DNA from: Glaucostegus cemiculus
Taxonomy: Eukaryota
Direction: 5' to 3'
NCBI GenBank assembly: GCA_976551045.1
Contig: CDPCPM010000012.1
Location: 6,758,001-6,822,000 of the forward strand
DNA: 64,000 nucleotides
The notes beneath the pieces are model-generated. The model saw nothing but the letters and a program-made list of their open reading frames with translations. It was not told the DNA's origin and did no database searches. The position numbers and the translations under genes were made by a program. Shown here in pieces: positions 13,520 to 27,326 of this stretch (the first letter of the stretch is position 1; the number at the start of each line of letters is the position of its first letter).

Positions 13520-15245
13520 GTTCAGGAAGATGTTCTTAATCAGTATGTTTACTGGCTGACAAAGAAGGAATTGCTGAATACAATCCTAGGAGAATGAAGT
13601 GGAACATATGCAGTCAAGGAGCACCTTGAGAATAGTGATCATAATATTGTAAAATTTATAGTAGTAATGGAAATGGGTAAAAGGCAATTCAGAATAAAAG
13701 TTTAAACTTAAGAGCTAATCAGCAAATTGAGGAAGGATCTTAACCTATCTAAATGGTGTTGAAAACTGGTAGACAAAAAAAAAACAAAGAGCACCCTGTA
13801 GAAATAGATGTTTAGATGAAGTACAGATACATTCTCACAAGAGACCAAAGTAGAGGGGGGCGGCACGATAGCATAGCAGTTAGCCTGACGCTGTTACAAT
13901 GCCAGTGATAGGGGATCGATTCCCGTCGCTGACTGTAAGGTATTTGTATGTTCTCCCATGTCTGCGTGGGTTTCCTCCGGGTGCTCCAGTTTCCTCCCAC
14001 ACGTACGGGTAGGTTAATTTGGGGGTTTAAAATGGGTGGCGCGGACTCGTTGGGCTGAAAGGGCCTGTTACCATGCTGTAAAGAAAATTTTAAAAATTTA
14101 GAAAATTTAAAATTTAGAGCGGCCTGGATGATTGGGTGGGATGAAGGACAGATGTCAGCTTAATAATACTAATGAGAATCTATCTAAATATGAAACATAT
14201 GGAGGACATTAAAGAGGAAATGATAGAGGCAAAGAGACAGTATGATAATAAATTTGCAACTAACATAAAGTGGAATCCAAATTTTTTAAAGCCCATTAAC
14301 AGTCATCAGAAGACCAAAGGGACTGGGTAGAGACTTAACTGAAGATCTGTTGATGGCAAAAGCATAAGTGAGTTACCAACTCTGCAATTTGCTTTATGTT
14401 TACTAAGAAAAAGAACTGGAATTAGAGCTGTTGATTATATTTACCACATTCAGCCGGGCAATCAGTTTAACATCAAAGCTGCAAAGTCTTTTGGAAACAA
14501 TAATCTGGGGCAAAAAAATGTTAACAGTTAATAGAACAAGCATGGATTAATGAAAGAGAGCCTGTGTTGAATTGTTTAGGGGGGCTTGTTTTTGTCTGAA
14601 TCAATCAAGTTTGTTTCAGAATGGATTTTGAAGTGAATTCTTGTTCACAAATCTTTGTAGATGGCAGGACAAGCTACTAAAATAGTTAAATAAAGCAGGT
14701 GAAAACATAGGCTTTACTCAGTACAAAAACCTTGAAGTTATTCATGACCTATGTTTGAACATCACACTTTAAATCTCATTTGTATTTTGTCAAAATTCTT
14801 CACATCCTTGCTTACTGTAATGTTTCTAGGTATTTGATTTAAATTTAGATGGATTGACTGGAGATTGAGTCAATGGTTCATTATTTTTGTGGCAGAGAGG
14901 GTCAAGAGTAGATCTGGTAGATCTGATGCATACAATTGTGCAGCCTTTTAACTGAAGACTAAACAAAAAGAAACTGTTTCCAGGGCAGAGGGTAGATAAC
15001 AGCACAGCTTTGGGGTGTTTGGCAAAAGAACCAGAGGTGATGTGGGACAGATGTTAGTGTCTTTTGGATTTGGACTGTGTTGCCTGATATGGAAACTAAT
15101 TCTGCAGTCAATTTCAAGGTGAAATGGGATAAATACTAAGAGGAAGAAAACTTGCAGGAGAGTGGGACTAACTTGATTGCCCTTCAAAGAGCTGGAGCAG
15201 ATTTGGAGAAGTGGCCACAAGTTATACTGGACTAAATATTATGAT
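13520..15245 (+). mobile_element. Highly decayed CR1-type LINE fragments, interrupted by the V-SINE
   Basis: Purine-rich CR1 ORF2-like patches and a 3' segment (gaaactgtttccagggcagagggt...agaaccagaggtgatgtg...tattatgatt). Confidence 0.5.
13856..14118 (+). mobile_element. tRNA-derived V-SINE (HE1-like), relatively young
   Basis: tRNA-like head, V core GTGGGTTTCCTCCGGGTGCTCCAGTTTCCTCCCACA (13966-14001), LINE-derived tail ttgggctgaaagggcctgtt and an (AAAATTT)n-like end. Several CpGs are retained. Confidence 0.88.
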
Positions 15246-17620
15246 TATGTCACAATTGTGATTCACTTAACATATAATAATATACACAACACAGGAAGTG
15301 CCTCTATATCAAGTGCCTTGTTTTTAACTTGTGGTTTGCAACTGCAGTCTTATATAATTCTGGTCCAAGTTATGTGATGCTTCATGAGTGAGTTGTAACA
15401 AAATATCAGCTGCTCAGTTCCTTTGATCGTGAAGTTCAGTTTCAATCATTTTATGTTCATTACAAAAGACAAATATTTTCAGATGTGTTTCAAGGCGTAA
15501 TACCTTTGCATTCAAATAAGACTGCTGAGCTGTTTAATCATGACTTATGATATTATTGCCACACAAATCCTGGCGTCAATGGCCAGATTTGCCAATCTAA
15601 TTCCCCTGGTGAAACTCAGTGTAAGGGCAGTTACTTATTGAATATAGTCCTACCAAGAGCTGATCATTCTCAATTTTTAAATGGCTCAACTTAACACTGG
15701 TCATTTGCCCAAAGTCAGGAGAAGAACTCCACATTCTGAACTTGCAGCTTGAATTAAAGGCCACTGAGTTTCCTGCAGCTGATAGCAACAAAGAATTGCA
15801 TTCAAACAAGATCGGGCCCAAGATGGCAAGTATTTTTTTTTTGCTAATACTTGACACAGGTTTAGGAAGAATTTGTGATCTGCTCTGGGTCTCTCAAACA
15901 ATATTTAGGCCTCTATTTCATGCACTGGCGCTCCTTTCTAATTATGAGACCAGGACATCCCCAGCAGCTAGTCATGTTACCTATCCAATATTGACATGTT
16001 ACTCCTCCAGGCCTGGTCTCTAAATGGGAAGTGGATTTGCTATATGTCTTAAAAATCCCTGGGTCTTCCTTCTGAGCAATCTGCTATATACCTGCCACAG
16101 TTTTCTCTGTTACTTCTTAATCAATTGCTCTGTTTCTTTGAGCCTAATTGTACAGTGTATTTCAGTTCGGCTGGAAAACAAACGTTAGCACTGATTTCTG
16201 AGCACAATCTTCTTAATAATCTATTAAAATATTCATGTGGACCCTGCAATGAAGTGGTAATAAGCTTAGTATTTTGAATAAAACTTCCAGTTCAATAATA
16301 CCTTTTTTGAAATAATGAACATTAAAATTCTATCCAATTATTTTTGATCCACTGGAGATTCAAGGTGGGGTTTATTTTACTAATTGTTTATTGCTTTTAC
16401 TTGGACACTGCCCCCAAAATATTCTAAATTGGTTGACTTCGTCTCAAATTACTATTAGAGATTTTGTAATTTAGTTGCTAGAGCTTAAAGATAGCACAGA
16501 CCAGAGAAAATAAAAAGATTCAGTGTGGGAATAAATAATATTGAACTTTGACATAAAGCATAGTCAAAAAATGACACAAACATTTGCATCATTCTGCCAA
16601 TTCGTAAGAAGAAGCTAAAGATCGTCTGGTGAAGCAGCAGTAGTCAACTGGTTATTTAACATGGGTGGTTCACAGAGGCACTCATTTTACATAGATTTTT
16701 ACAAGGAAATTGAAAGCATTGTTTCTTGAGTGCAATAATCCCTAAAACTGTGGAACAGGTCTTAACGTCCTATTTTGTGAAATATTTTGAGATTGGACTT
16801 TTATCTGATCTTATAAAAATGCTAGTCCTCTTAAAAACATTCCAGTCTCACCTGTTGTATCACTACATAAAAATTGTGAGCCCAGTTAATTTTTTGATAA
16901 ATCTAACTTAACTACTTGGCTTAATTGGTGTTTAAGAGAAAGAGTAGCTCTGCCACATCGAATGTGCCGAGAAAGCAACTATAAAATGCAGCAATAATGA
17001 TTTTTTAAATACAAAGTTTCCACTTTGACATTTCAAGAATCTTCCCTTAAAACAAATGCAATCATTTAATAACATCTGTGGTATATGGTCTTGAGTTTTA
17101 TTGATGTACATTGTGAAAAGAAGTTGCCATTGGTTATATAGGTGGTAGAACAAAGATCATGCCTGCAATTTTAATAGAAGTGCTGGCTGTGCTAATTCTT
17201 TAAAATAACAATCAAAGGAATTCCAAATGAAGGCATGAATGGTTTTTCACAAATACTGCTGAATAATTTTTAGGTTTTTACATTGTGGTATTAATTCTGT
17301 TAATCCAACATGCCAGAAAGTGCAACTTAAATATACATCATGCTTCTTTTAGTAATGGGTAACAAGTTATATTTTTGGTGCTGTTTGCCTCATTCTTCAC
17401 AGAATTTAATCTTTGTAGTCTGTTTAGGATGGGGAAAGTTGACTATATTGCTTTGATCGGTGTAGTTCAGTGAAGTTACAATGTTTTTACCTGGAATTTT
17501 TACTGTCATATAATTAACATTCACTGAGTACATGTGAATAAAGTTGAAGTAAAAATGTCACAGGTACTTTGAAACGATCATTATTGCACAATTATAGTGC
17601 AACAGATGTTTGTAAGGACT

Positions 17621-17626
17621 TTTATT
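17621..17626 (-). terminator. Candidate distal poly(A) signal AATAAA
   Basis: Minus strand reads ttgtgtgttttgaAATAAAagt at the end of the repeat-free UTR-like block. Other AATAAA hexamers occur at 18936-18941 and 19869-19874. Confidence 0.4.
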
Positions 17627-19513
17627 TCAAAACACACAATTTAATAACCTTTCACTACAACAACAAAGTATTATTAATTTCAACATTAATTTAAATCCCA
17701 CTTAAATGGATCTTCAATAAGACACAGAGCAGCTGTTAAATCTTGAGTTGTTTGTTCTCTTTAGGCTTAAGCATTTTGAATTATTCAGCTGTGCATGTGC
17801 CAGAGACATTTTGAGCTGGATGGAAATTCTTGAAATGTGGATTTTCTACTTGGGCGTAGAATAATAAAAAGCATGTGTGCTTTAAAGAGGGGTCAACTTA
17901 ATGAGGAATGCAAGTAGTATAGAGTTACTTCTGTATCCCATTACAGCATGTGCTAATATTTGCTAAACAAATTTTTGGAACATTTGTGCATAACATGAAG
18001 TATTTTTTCAAGCAACTTGCCAATCCAGCAGAATTGAGATTCCATAGGGGGCTTTTTAAAGATAGCAAGCTAATCATATATTTGATTGCTCATCTCCTAT
18101 GGTGACCCTGATCATTCTGTGACCCAAATTAAAATGATACCCCCTGACATTCATAAGACTAAGCAATAAGATAAACTGGAAACAATTCATGTCACCTAAA
18201 GCTTTTTAACAAATCGATGCAACTATTTGTAATTGCTTGTTTCACAAGATTAAAAGTGTACAGACCTGACCTGTGTACTACGTTTTGTGGCTAACATGAC
18301 CTGTGCATTGGTCGTTAAAAGAAACCACTTGTGATCAGCAATAATTTCCATCAAGAAATCCATATTACTAATATTTCTAGAATTTTAATGCAGTTTGAAT
18401 TTATAGCTGATCAAATGCAGTAACCTAAATTGGTGTTACAAGGAGACAGTTTAACTGACATTATTAATTATGGGAAAATTTAATGTTTAAGTACTGGCAC
18501 TTGTATTGGTCAGCTTTATGACTGGGTCAGGAGAGTGTCAGAATAGTGCTTGATAACTAGCCATTTCGTCTGTTATGAGGAAATTTTCATGATATGTGAT
18601 TTAAATATGGGAATAACACCGGAAAATGATGACTTTGGGTTTTGCAGGGATCAACATAATCCTGAAAATGACAACACTGCAAACAGTGTGAACAACCAGC
18701 ATTTTTATTGCATTTGAGAATGCTAATGTCAGTAATTAGTACTGACTACACACATGAATTTTTTTATTGTCTGCATCAACAGACATGGAATGATGGATTA
18801 CACTGATGTAAGGAATGAGTTCCTGTATGCCTCTACAATAATCTCTTAACTGGCAGCAACAACGTTCAAAGCACCATGATAACACAATGTCCTCAATCTG
18901 TACCATTTTCCAAACAACCCTTTAAGAAACAGATTTTTATTCACTGGCTTTTGACAGTGTAAAGGCTGCGACTCTCATTCCTGACATTGAAGTTACCTGA
19001 ATCATGGTACTTCGATCATGATAATGTATGCTTTTCTTAGAGAAAAAGCATGTAACAAATTATCTTTACATCTTGGCACCTTGTAAAGTTCTTTTTTAAA
19101 AAAATTATTCAACAGGTTGACACTCCCCAGTTTTAATAATCATTACTTCACTGCAACTGGCCCTGGAATTCATCATGCTAAGTATTCACGACAGCAGGAA
19201 GAGAAATGACTTTTTAAACTGTCTTCTCCAAATCCTTCAAACTTTTAAGACAGCTGCAGAGGGCAGTGGCTGGACCTTTGTAAGCGAGAAGTATCAAAAC
19301 AGCCTAACACAAACAAAACTGTACAAAATGCTTCGTTCAATGGTAACTTAAAATTCTGTCAACTGTACTACAGTTAAAGCAAAAAAAGTACGGGATTTTC
19401 TCCCAAATGTCAGCAACTGTCTTCTGTTATTCTCAAAGCAAGGGTTAATAAGTAAAATACATGTGCAGAACATTTTGCAGTTTCAATACATACAGTCGTT
19501 TTCAAAGCTTTCT

Positions 19514-19519
19514 TTTAAT
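19514..19519 (-). terminator. Candidate proximal poly(A) signal ATTAAA
   Basis: Upstream UGUA elements and U-runs, with GU/U-rich sequence downstream (19440-19490). Confidence 0.4.
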
Positions 19520-22375
19520 ATAGTCAATACAAAGCAGTTGCACAAAAGCAAATGTGATTTAACAGACTTTTTTTGTTTTTGTTTAAAAGAACAGTGTTTA
19601 AAAAGAAACAGAAAAGACAAAGGCTTGCACCGACACATTGGGATATTTATGTACAATGTAACAAACCCCCACCCTTTAGAAGCAACTGTATATCCAAACG
19701 GATATGGTGACAATGTTCAGTCATTGAAATCCTGTACATAAAGAGCCTGAGGTTCAGAGTTGATTCTGCTGAAAGGCTGTGGCACCTGCTAGATATGCAA
19801 GCTCTAATTTTGCTAGTCTTTAGACTAAACATGCAAGACATACAACTAAGTGCAACTGAGTGAAATGTTTTATTTTTCATTCCCTAAAAGTCTGAACTGA
19901 GGTATGCGTACTAACAGTTTCTCATGCTGTTAACTTTAGTCATGTCTAGCTACACATGCTGAGAATGTACTAATCTAACCATCTTATTCCCTCAAATACA
20001 GAGCTAACCAACAGGCCACTCAGTTTGAAAGCATGGGATCTCTTCTCATGATCCCATTTAGCAACTGCCTGTACATCCTCATGAAGCTGCCTGGAATGCC
20101 ATTACAAATATATATTTTAAAAGACCACAGACTGCCCATTTAACATAAAGTTGGATTATGCTGAAAAATAACTGCTGTAATGTCTCTTGTACCAAGCTAA
20201 TGAGTGCACAGGAGTGTTTTTCTATGACGAACGTGGAAATGAAACAAACATTTCTGAAGAAGTGTGCCAAGGTAAACTAATTGTAAGTAACCTTGGCATA
20301 AAGGAGATTGGTCTCCAAACAAAAGTGGCACACCATCTTTCAAATACAGCCTCCATAATGAGCATTTTCCCCAAAAAAAAAACTTATTATGTGGTCCAGT
20401 TCTATCTCGGAAGCTATTCCTTTGCTCTCTGTAATACCATTGGAATCTTGCATCTTCAGCCTTTTTTTTTTTGCATTACTCTCATCTGCACAGAAAAGTT
20501 CTACATTCACCTTCCCTTGATGGAATGCTCCCTTTTTTGTTTGTGGCCTCAGTGCCATAATTCCCTGGTTTGGTCACCAATTTCTACAATTAAGTTTTCC
20601 TACAGTGAGCAAATTTGGTCATTGTAGGAAAAAAATCTGGGTTTTCAGAGATAATACCTTTGGTTCAAACATCCACCTGGCCTGTTACAGACATTGTTAA
20701 AAGGAGACTTTAACATCACAGGTTATTGTCTGTGCATCAGTCCATTTTTAGCCATTTCCCTCTAGATTTCTGGTACCTCCTTTGATCAACAATAAGAGGA
20801 TATTTGGCTTCATCAGATAAAGCATCAAACAGAGAACATAATTTACCTTTAAGATCATCTTTGGTAATCTCAGAAAAAATTATCTGATTTAAAAAAAACA
20901 GCAAAAATAAATAAAGCTCTGAAAGCTTTTTCAACTGACAACCTATATAGTCCTAAATAAATACATGAGAGTGGGGTTTGGGGGAGGTGACAGAAAAGTG
21001 ACCAGTCGCAGTCTTGAGACAGGAAAGATGTTGAGTGTTATGGAAAACAATTCAATGACCTATATTAACAGAATTACCTTCTGTACGTAAAGTTTGCTTC
21101 AGGATCACAATAGGCTTGCAAGATAAGCTCTAGTGACATAGCTTTCTATTTTGATACCTACTGCGAACTTTTCTAAGTTTGCTGAAATAACAAATCTCTA
21201 TTGAGCTACTTAACACAGCACTGGACATAAAAATCTTAACTGAAAAGCTTAAACTGCAGTGTAAATTATTATTTATACAGACAACATATTTTCATGTTCT
21301 ACTTGCTTTCAACTCCTGTATCTCCTTACTACTTGCTGAACCTGAACAACAGGAAAAGATCTATGGTGCATATGCAGGAGACAAGGGATAGTTACTAAAT
21401 ATCTTTTTTTTTCTGTCATTCTGTCCCCTTGTTCACTGGCTCCATCATTCCTAGAAGTGAACCTTTCTCTGGAGTTTGGAACGTTGGTTCTGCCAGCCGA
21501 TGCTAAAAGTTGAGCCTACTGATTACTGACTCAGACAAAATAAGCAGTATTGTTAAACTGTACACATAATGAAAACTGGCCTGAGGTTTAATTGTTTTTT
21601 TTTTAAAAATAATCTCAATGAAGTTAAGGGGAGTGGATGACAGAAAAACTACTGGATGTGTAACAAACTGATGCGAGGCATTTTGTCCCATTGGTTTAAA
21701 AAAAACATTCAACCACTACATAGAGCTTAATGAGGTCCTCCAAAGGCCTGTGGCCCGCAATTATAAAACTGCTTGGATGCAGCAGAAGCAAACAGTGACA
21801 CAATAAAATTTCAGCAAATTATTTTTCACAAATTATTTCCCTTCTCCCCTGCCCCATGAAAACAAGTGTGGATTAAAGGCAGTGATATTAAAACAATCCA
21901 CTTCCAGTACTGTGCAATTCAGTTTTAGCCTCAGTCTTCCACTTGAATATGCAAGTTCTGGGAAGAGCTCTACCTGCAGTTTGAACTATTAACAGTTTTG
22001 ATCAGACCCATGAGTCCAACTTGGCAGAACTGCAGTCCAAAGTCAGCTGCAAAGTCTGTGAGGGTGACAGTACAGCTCAGTAACTTTCAACACTGATGTT
22101 GACTTCAGGAGAGGAAAATCCCAAGTACCAAACAAGTCCATCCAATGTACGTAGAATACAAATTCCTTTTTTCCAACAAAAAGTAGAAAAAAATCAGAAA
22201 CATTCCCCAATGGGATTCTTAATGGCACTAAAAGTCATTTAAAACATTTCATTACTTTGTCAAAAAGGGGCTGAAAATTCCTCCAAACTGCCACATTAGG
22301 GAGAGATTTCACAGGTAAGTCTGACAAGCTTTCTTTTATTTTAATCTTCAGCTCAGGAAATGATGGGAAGCATGC

Positions 22376-22520
22376 TCATTCCATGTCTTCATTCCCTGGG
22401 TCCTCTTCAAATTCTCTGTCATTGTCCAGCTCTGGACTATGATTTGCTGTTGTCACTAAAGACAGGGGCCCTTCCATGTCCTCTGGGTCCATTGGCTCCT
22501 CTTTAACATGGATGGGATAC
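22376..22520 (-). CDS. FOXP1: FOXP1 terminal coding exon (145 nt including stop): [47 protein letters not shown]
   Basis: Acceptor ttgttctag. FoxP C-terminal HVKEEP and [13 protein letters not shown] motifs with a FOXP1-type NEDME* end. TGA at 22376-22378. Confidence 0.97.
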
Positions 22521-25500
22521 CTAGAACAAAACCAGACCATTTTATTTCAGGCAGCAATAAAGGGAAATATTTGTTTGACTGTGTATAATTGAATAGTAAA
22601 GTAAATGATGCAGCATGGTTTGTTTTTATATCTTTACAATGTTTGAATCAAAGTGAGAGGAACTCTAGAAACTAGAAACAAACTATCAAAAATACATAAA
22701 TGATTTTTAAACTAATAAAACAATAGATTTACAACATTCAGAAAACACAAATTAAATGAAAATAAGTGCAACAAAGCAGCTGTTTGTCAAGCACCTTGTG
22801 GAGGCTGATCACTGTGTGTAATGCTGCTCTAGTTAACATGCAGAACCTGTGAGCCTTTTCTCTAGAGGATGACCCTGAGTGAGGTTCTATCATTAATCAA
22901 CTTCAACCAAACACAGCAACCAGACACCATGATACATGCTTTAAACTCCAAATTAATGCATATTTTTACAAACTGTCAATAATGGAAGAAAAGCACTGCC
23001 AGGAAACATAGGCTGAGGGGAAAAAGCCTGCTAAACACAACAGTGTGATAAGAAACTGCATTCCTAACGAGAATAATAATGCTGTCAGTTGTAAACAAGG
23101 CAGAACATGATCCCAGCCCTTGGACTGGGCAAGGGATGCACTAAGGAGATGAGATCTGCCAAATTCTCATTACTGAATAGCACATGAATAACCCATGGGG
23201 GGAAACGTGGGTTGATTTTATGAAACCACAGTGATAACAATTGAAAAATGTCTTGTGTAAATCACATTTACAACAATCTAGTCAGAAACACAAATAGATT
23301 TTGGGGTAGCTCTGTCAGCATGCTCATGTAAACACGCCAATAAGCAAACAGTGCCTTCCTGAGTGACCAGAATTAAAATAAGACACTGTGTTCAAAATGA
23401 GTTTGTTTCTTTTGCTTAACTATCATACACTAAAACAGGAAGTAAAGTGGAAAAAACAGAGAACGCCCTTGCTGCTTTCAAAACAATCAACTTTTTAAAG
23501 ACATTCATTTCTTTATCTTTCTCAAAAAGTAGCAATAAATTTGACTTTGTTTTGCAACTCCCCCCACCCAAACCTGCTGTTTGACCTCATCACCAATAAA
23601 CCTTGCTGTGCTTAAATTCCCTGTAATAACAGCCGCTCCCCAACTTATAATTTTCCATGTTTATCTGCTGCATTTGCATGAAAATCTATTTGTTTATTTG
23701 ATTTATAACGAGAATGACTTTCAACAAAACACCATGTTTGGAAGCATAATGTGCTTTGCCAATGTACACAACATACTAACTCACTTTGTAGCTAACTTTG
23801 GAGCAAGTCAGTATGAAAGCGTCATCTTGATGCAGTAATTAATCTACTGGATGTGTACTTCCCAGTATTTCAAAGATTAACAAAAGCTTCAGTGGTTTGT
23901 AGCCACAATGAGAATATGTCTCAATTAACAATACATACTTTGTTACTGATATGTTTTTAAAAAAAAGTATATAAAGCTTTCAGCAGCATGTGAGAAGGTT
24001 TCACAGAGTGCTACTACTCCAGCAAGTGTCTAAAGTAACTATTTAAGTTCTTATGCAACACTTCATCGGGGTATGTTTTCAAATCAGGTACAAAGCAGTG
24101 TTGATTTTTATCTAAGCCACTGTTCATGCACAACCTACCAGATGTGACACAGTAACAAGAAAGAATTCAAAGATCATGTGCTTCTGGTAAATGCTATTAA
24201 CAAAATAAAGAATGTACTATGACTCTACAAAGAAATCTAAAACTTCTATAGTGTACACCATGACTTACATTTACTGAATCAAACACATCGTTAAAGTCTA
24301 ATTTTAAATTTGCATGCAACATCTACATTAATTTCTGCATAGGATTCAAATCTTATGATGTAAAGCAGATGTACAAGATGTAACAAACCACACCAATTAA
24401 TCATAAAATCTAATCTCTCATATGTAGATGTTTCCCTTTAACTGACAGTGCTAAAGATTACAATATAATGCATTTTTCCAGCATCAGCTGGGGGGGGGGG
24501 GGGTGGGGGTGGAATTTGCTCAATAATCCCTATAAATACCAAACACCCAAAGGGACTGCACACCCACCCATCCTGCCTTACCCTTCCTGTTCCAAATTTC
24601 TACCTTCAACACCACCCATATATAGCATGGACAGCAATCTCCCATTACTTCATACTGTTATATATGCGCTCATTATATTGCCGTCTGGTAGTATAATGCT
24701 CCTATTAATTTTCCTTTTGATATTTTAAGAGTGATCTATAAATCATGAAGCCTTTCATATGAGCCACCATTAATGCTTGGCAATGATGCTGTTTGCAGCA
24801 TATTATTTTAAGCTTATAATGCAAGGAAGTGAATGAGCAGTTTTATTCCACAGAATTTATTACAACTTTTAGGGTTATAGTGGCTGCAGGCGAAATTATT
24901 TAACACCTTTGTCTGAGTGGCTGCATTGTCATCAGAATCATTTGCTATGCAAAATGATGCAAAGGGTTGTACTCTAACCAGGTTATATTGAAAAAGAAAC
25001 AACTTTGCTGTAGGCCACCTTGGATCTAATCATGCCACTTTTGAATTTGTATGCTTCTTTGAATAGTTACTTTCCTGACCTAAGATAGAACCAAGCTGTG
25101 GAGCTACACACCCAGCTCTGCCACTTAACGTACTCATTTACAGAGTGGCACTTGCTAATATGACAGTTGTTCACCTTCAATCAAGTTTCCCGATTGCTTG
25201 TGCAGCCACAACTAGAAGCATTTCTTCAAAGAATACTGGGGGCAAAGCTTAAAATAATCTGCTTTTTCCAACTTGCTTTGATCCTAAGATCACACACAAG
25301 GAGTAACGTGAGGGAGATTAATAAAGGAAAAAAAATGTTTGGTCATATTTACTGACAGATTCATTCACTGTTCTGCCTTAGCTGCAATTATCACAAGATT
25401 ATGAGGTCTAGTAAAGGCATTACTGGTGGGCATTGAATGTGATCACAGGAACAATGGCTAAAGCTTATGATCTGACCCGATCTTTAAACAGTGATATGTA

Positions 25501-27285
25501 GTGCTGTAATGAAAAGGTATAGGCAGTGTAAACATTCCTATTTTGAGCAGGACTGGAAAAGTTATCTTTTTATCACTTGAAAGGTAAACTTTAAAAATCT
25601 AATTGGTGTTTCTGTATGGTCTAGCTGCAGTTAAAATCCAGCATGAACATCAAATTAGGTAGGTGGGATCTAATCTTTTACATTTTGAAGAATGCTTTTA
25701 CGTTTTTTACCTTATTATTGGTCCTTACAGTTGCGGTAGAAAAACCACAAACAACAATGTCAAATAAAAATGGTTTGACATTGATACAACTGTATTTTGG
25801 TGAAAATAAACCTCCCAGACAACATTTACAAGTAACCAATCTCAGCAATAAAAAAGGTGTGTCATTTTATTTTAGAACTTTTTGTATCGGGTGGTGCAGT
25901 ATGTTAGAATACCAAACAGACAGTAGCAGGGGTGTGGTAGGATATGGTTTTGTACTTGGAAGTTCCCCGCATATTAGCTTCCTGAGCACAGCTGCATTGC
26001 CAGGGGAGTTAGTGAATGGAGGTCAAGGTTTTGCTAAGAAAGGCCGAGGTACAATCAACATCAAAGCTACACAAACATATTTTCTAATGGTGAGTTATAT
26101 GTCATATCAACTGGGATCACTGGTGGGTGGGGTTTGCCTCCAATCCAAACCACTGATTATAGAAGTAGAGTGTAAGAATTAGAAGTCTAATAAAATAATT
26201 GGGGTACACAAACATACCAGGTTCTAAGATTTTTAGTGGTCAACCTAGAAAGGATATAGGAGTGCATTTTTCATTTAAATTTATTTTTATTTGTTAGCAG
26301 ACAAATAGATTAACAATTTAATGTGATATTGTGTAGATGTTTCCCTGATAAGGTTCCATGAAACAACTAGCAAATGCAAAGTTCTGCATTCTGCTGGGTT
26401 GGTACCTATGAAGTATGATTCATCTGTTCCAGCAGTGGTCAATTTTTGGGTCATCCAAAGACCCAAACCTATCAGAATATACACCTGACCCAACCCATTA
26501 CGTAAAGTCAAGTTGAACAGAAGGATAAAATGCAGAATGGAGCCTCACAAGCAAAGTGTATTCTGTGTAGTGTCAGCACTTTAAGTGAGATGCAATCATT
26601 AGTAGACAAAGAGATATTGTGAGAAACACATTTCAGTAATAGCAGCAGGGATTCATTGATGTGCAAGAGGACAGCAAAGCGGTATGTGTGGGTATATTCT
26701 ATGTCATCTGGGTTCTCTCAGCTGTTTACTGCTGTACCATGATGAGTGGTGTATGGAGAGGGTCATTTGTTTCCAGGGAGATTCAATTATTGTGGAAGGT
26801 GTTCAAGAGAATAGTTTTTCTATAATGGAATCCCTTATTGTCTTTCAATGAGTGCAATGATGAAGCTCATGGCATTACATGCTATCATTCTCCCCCAAAA
26901 GCCTTCATTGTCATCCTCCAATAACTGGTCTCTGGTGGATCTGCATGGCCTTCAGGCTCCTGGTCTCCTAGCAACTCTTCCTGAGGCACTAGCTTTCATA
27001 TACTATTGGCCAAACTTCTTGAAGCATTAGTGCTTAGCTGGAGTGATTGAGTGAACATAGGGATCAAAAGCCACAGAAGTAAAGGGCAGTCCTTGTCCCA
27101 AGATCAGAGCCTCAGACTAGGGCTAGACACTGAAAATGCCAAGCTGTGTGAACTTTAAGTATGAAGGAATTCATGGTACTGGCCATCAGAAAGTTCTTAT
27201 CATGATCAATGAATTCCTGCTTATGGGGCATGGAGAACACATTCTATTCTTAGAGTGAGCTTGGTTCTTTGTGGGAGCCCTAATG

Positions 27286-27326
27286 GGAGCATGAGTGAAG
27301 TCAACGGGAGCGTGAGTGAAGTCAAC
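27286..27326 (+). repeat. 21-bp tandem duplication (ggagcRtgagtgaagtcaac, two copies)
   Basis: Read directly from the sequence. Confidence 0.9.

Larger units (their letters stand above)
17600..22375 (-). other. FOXP1: FOXP1 3'UTR (distal end uncertain)
   Basis: Follows the stop codon. U-rich on the minus strand, with no recognisable transposon over ~4.8 kb and several miRNA seed matches and poly(A) hexamers. The end point is inferred. Confidence 0.6.

Noticed and set aside
13856-13935. tRNA gene
   Set aside because: Only the tRNA-like head of a V-SINE; no complete cloverleaf.
24489-24512. G-run with G-quadruplex potential
   Set aside because: Simple intronic homopolymer with no further support, and its length is prone to assembly error.
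25643-26182. 179-aa ORF on the plus strand
   Set aside because: Antisense within the last FOXP1 intron with no homology signal; consistent with a chance ORF.
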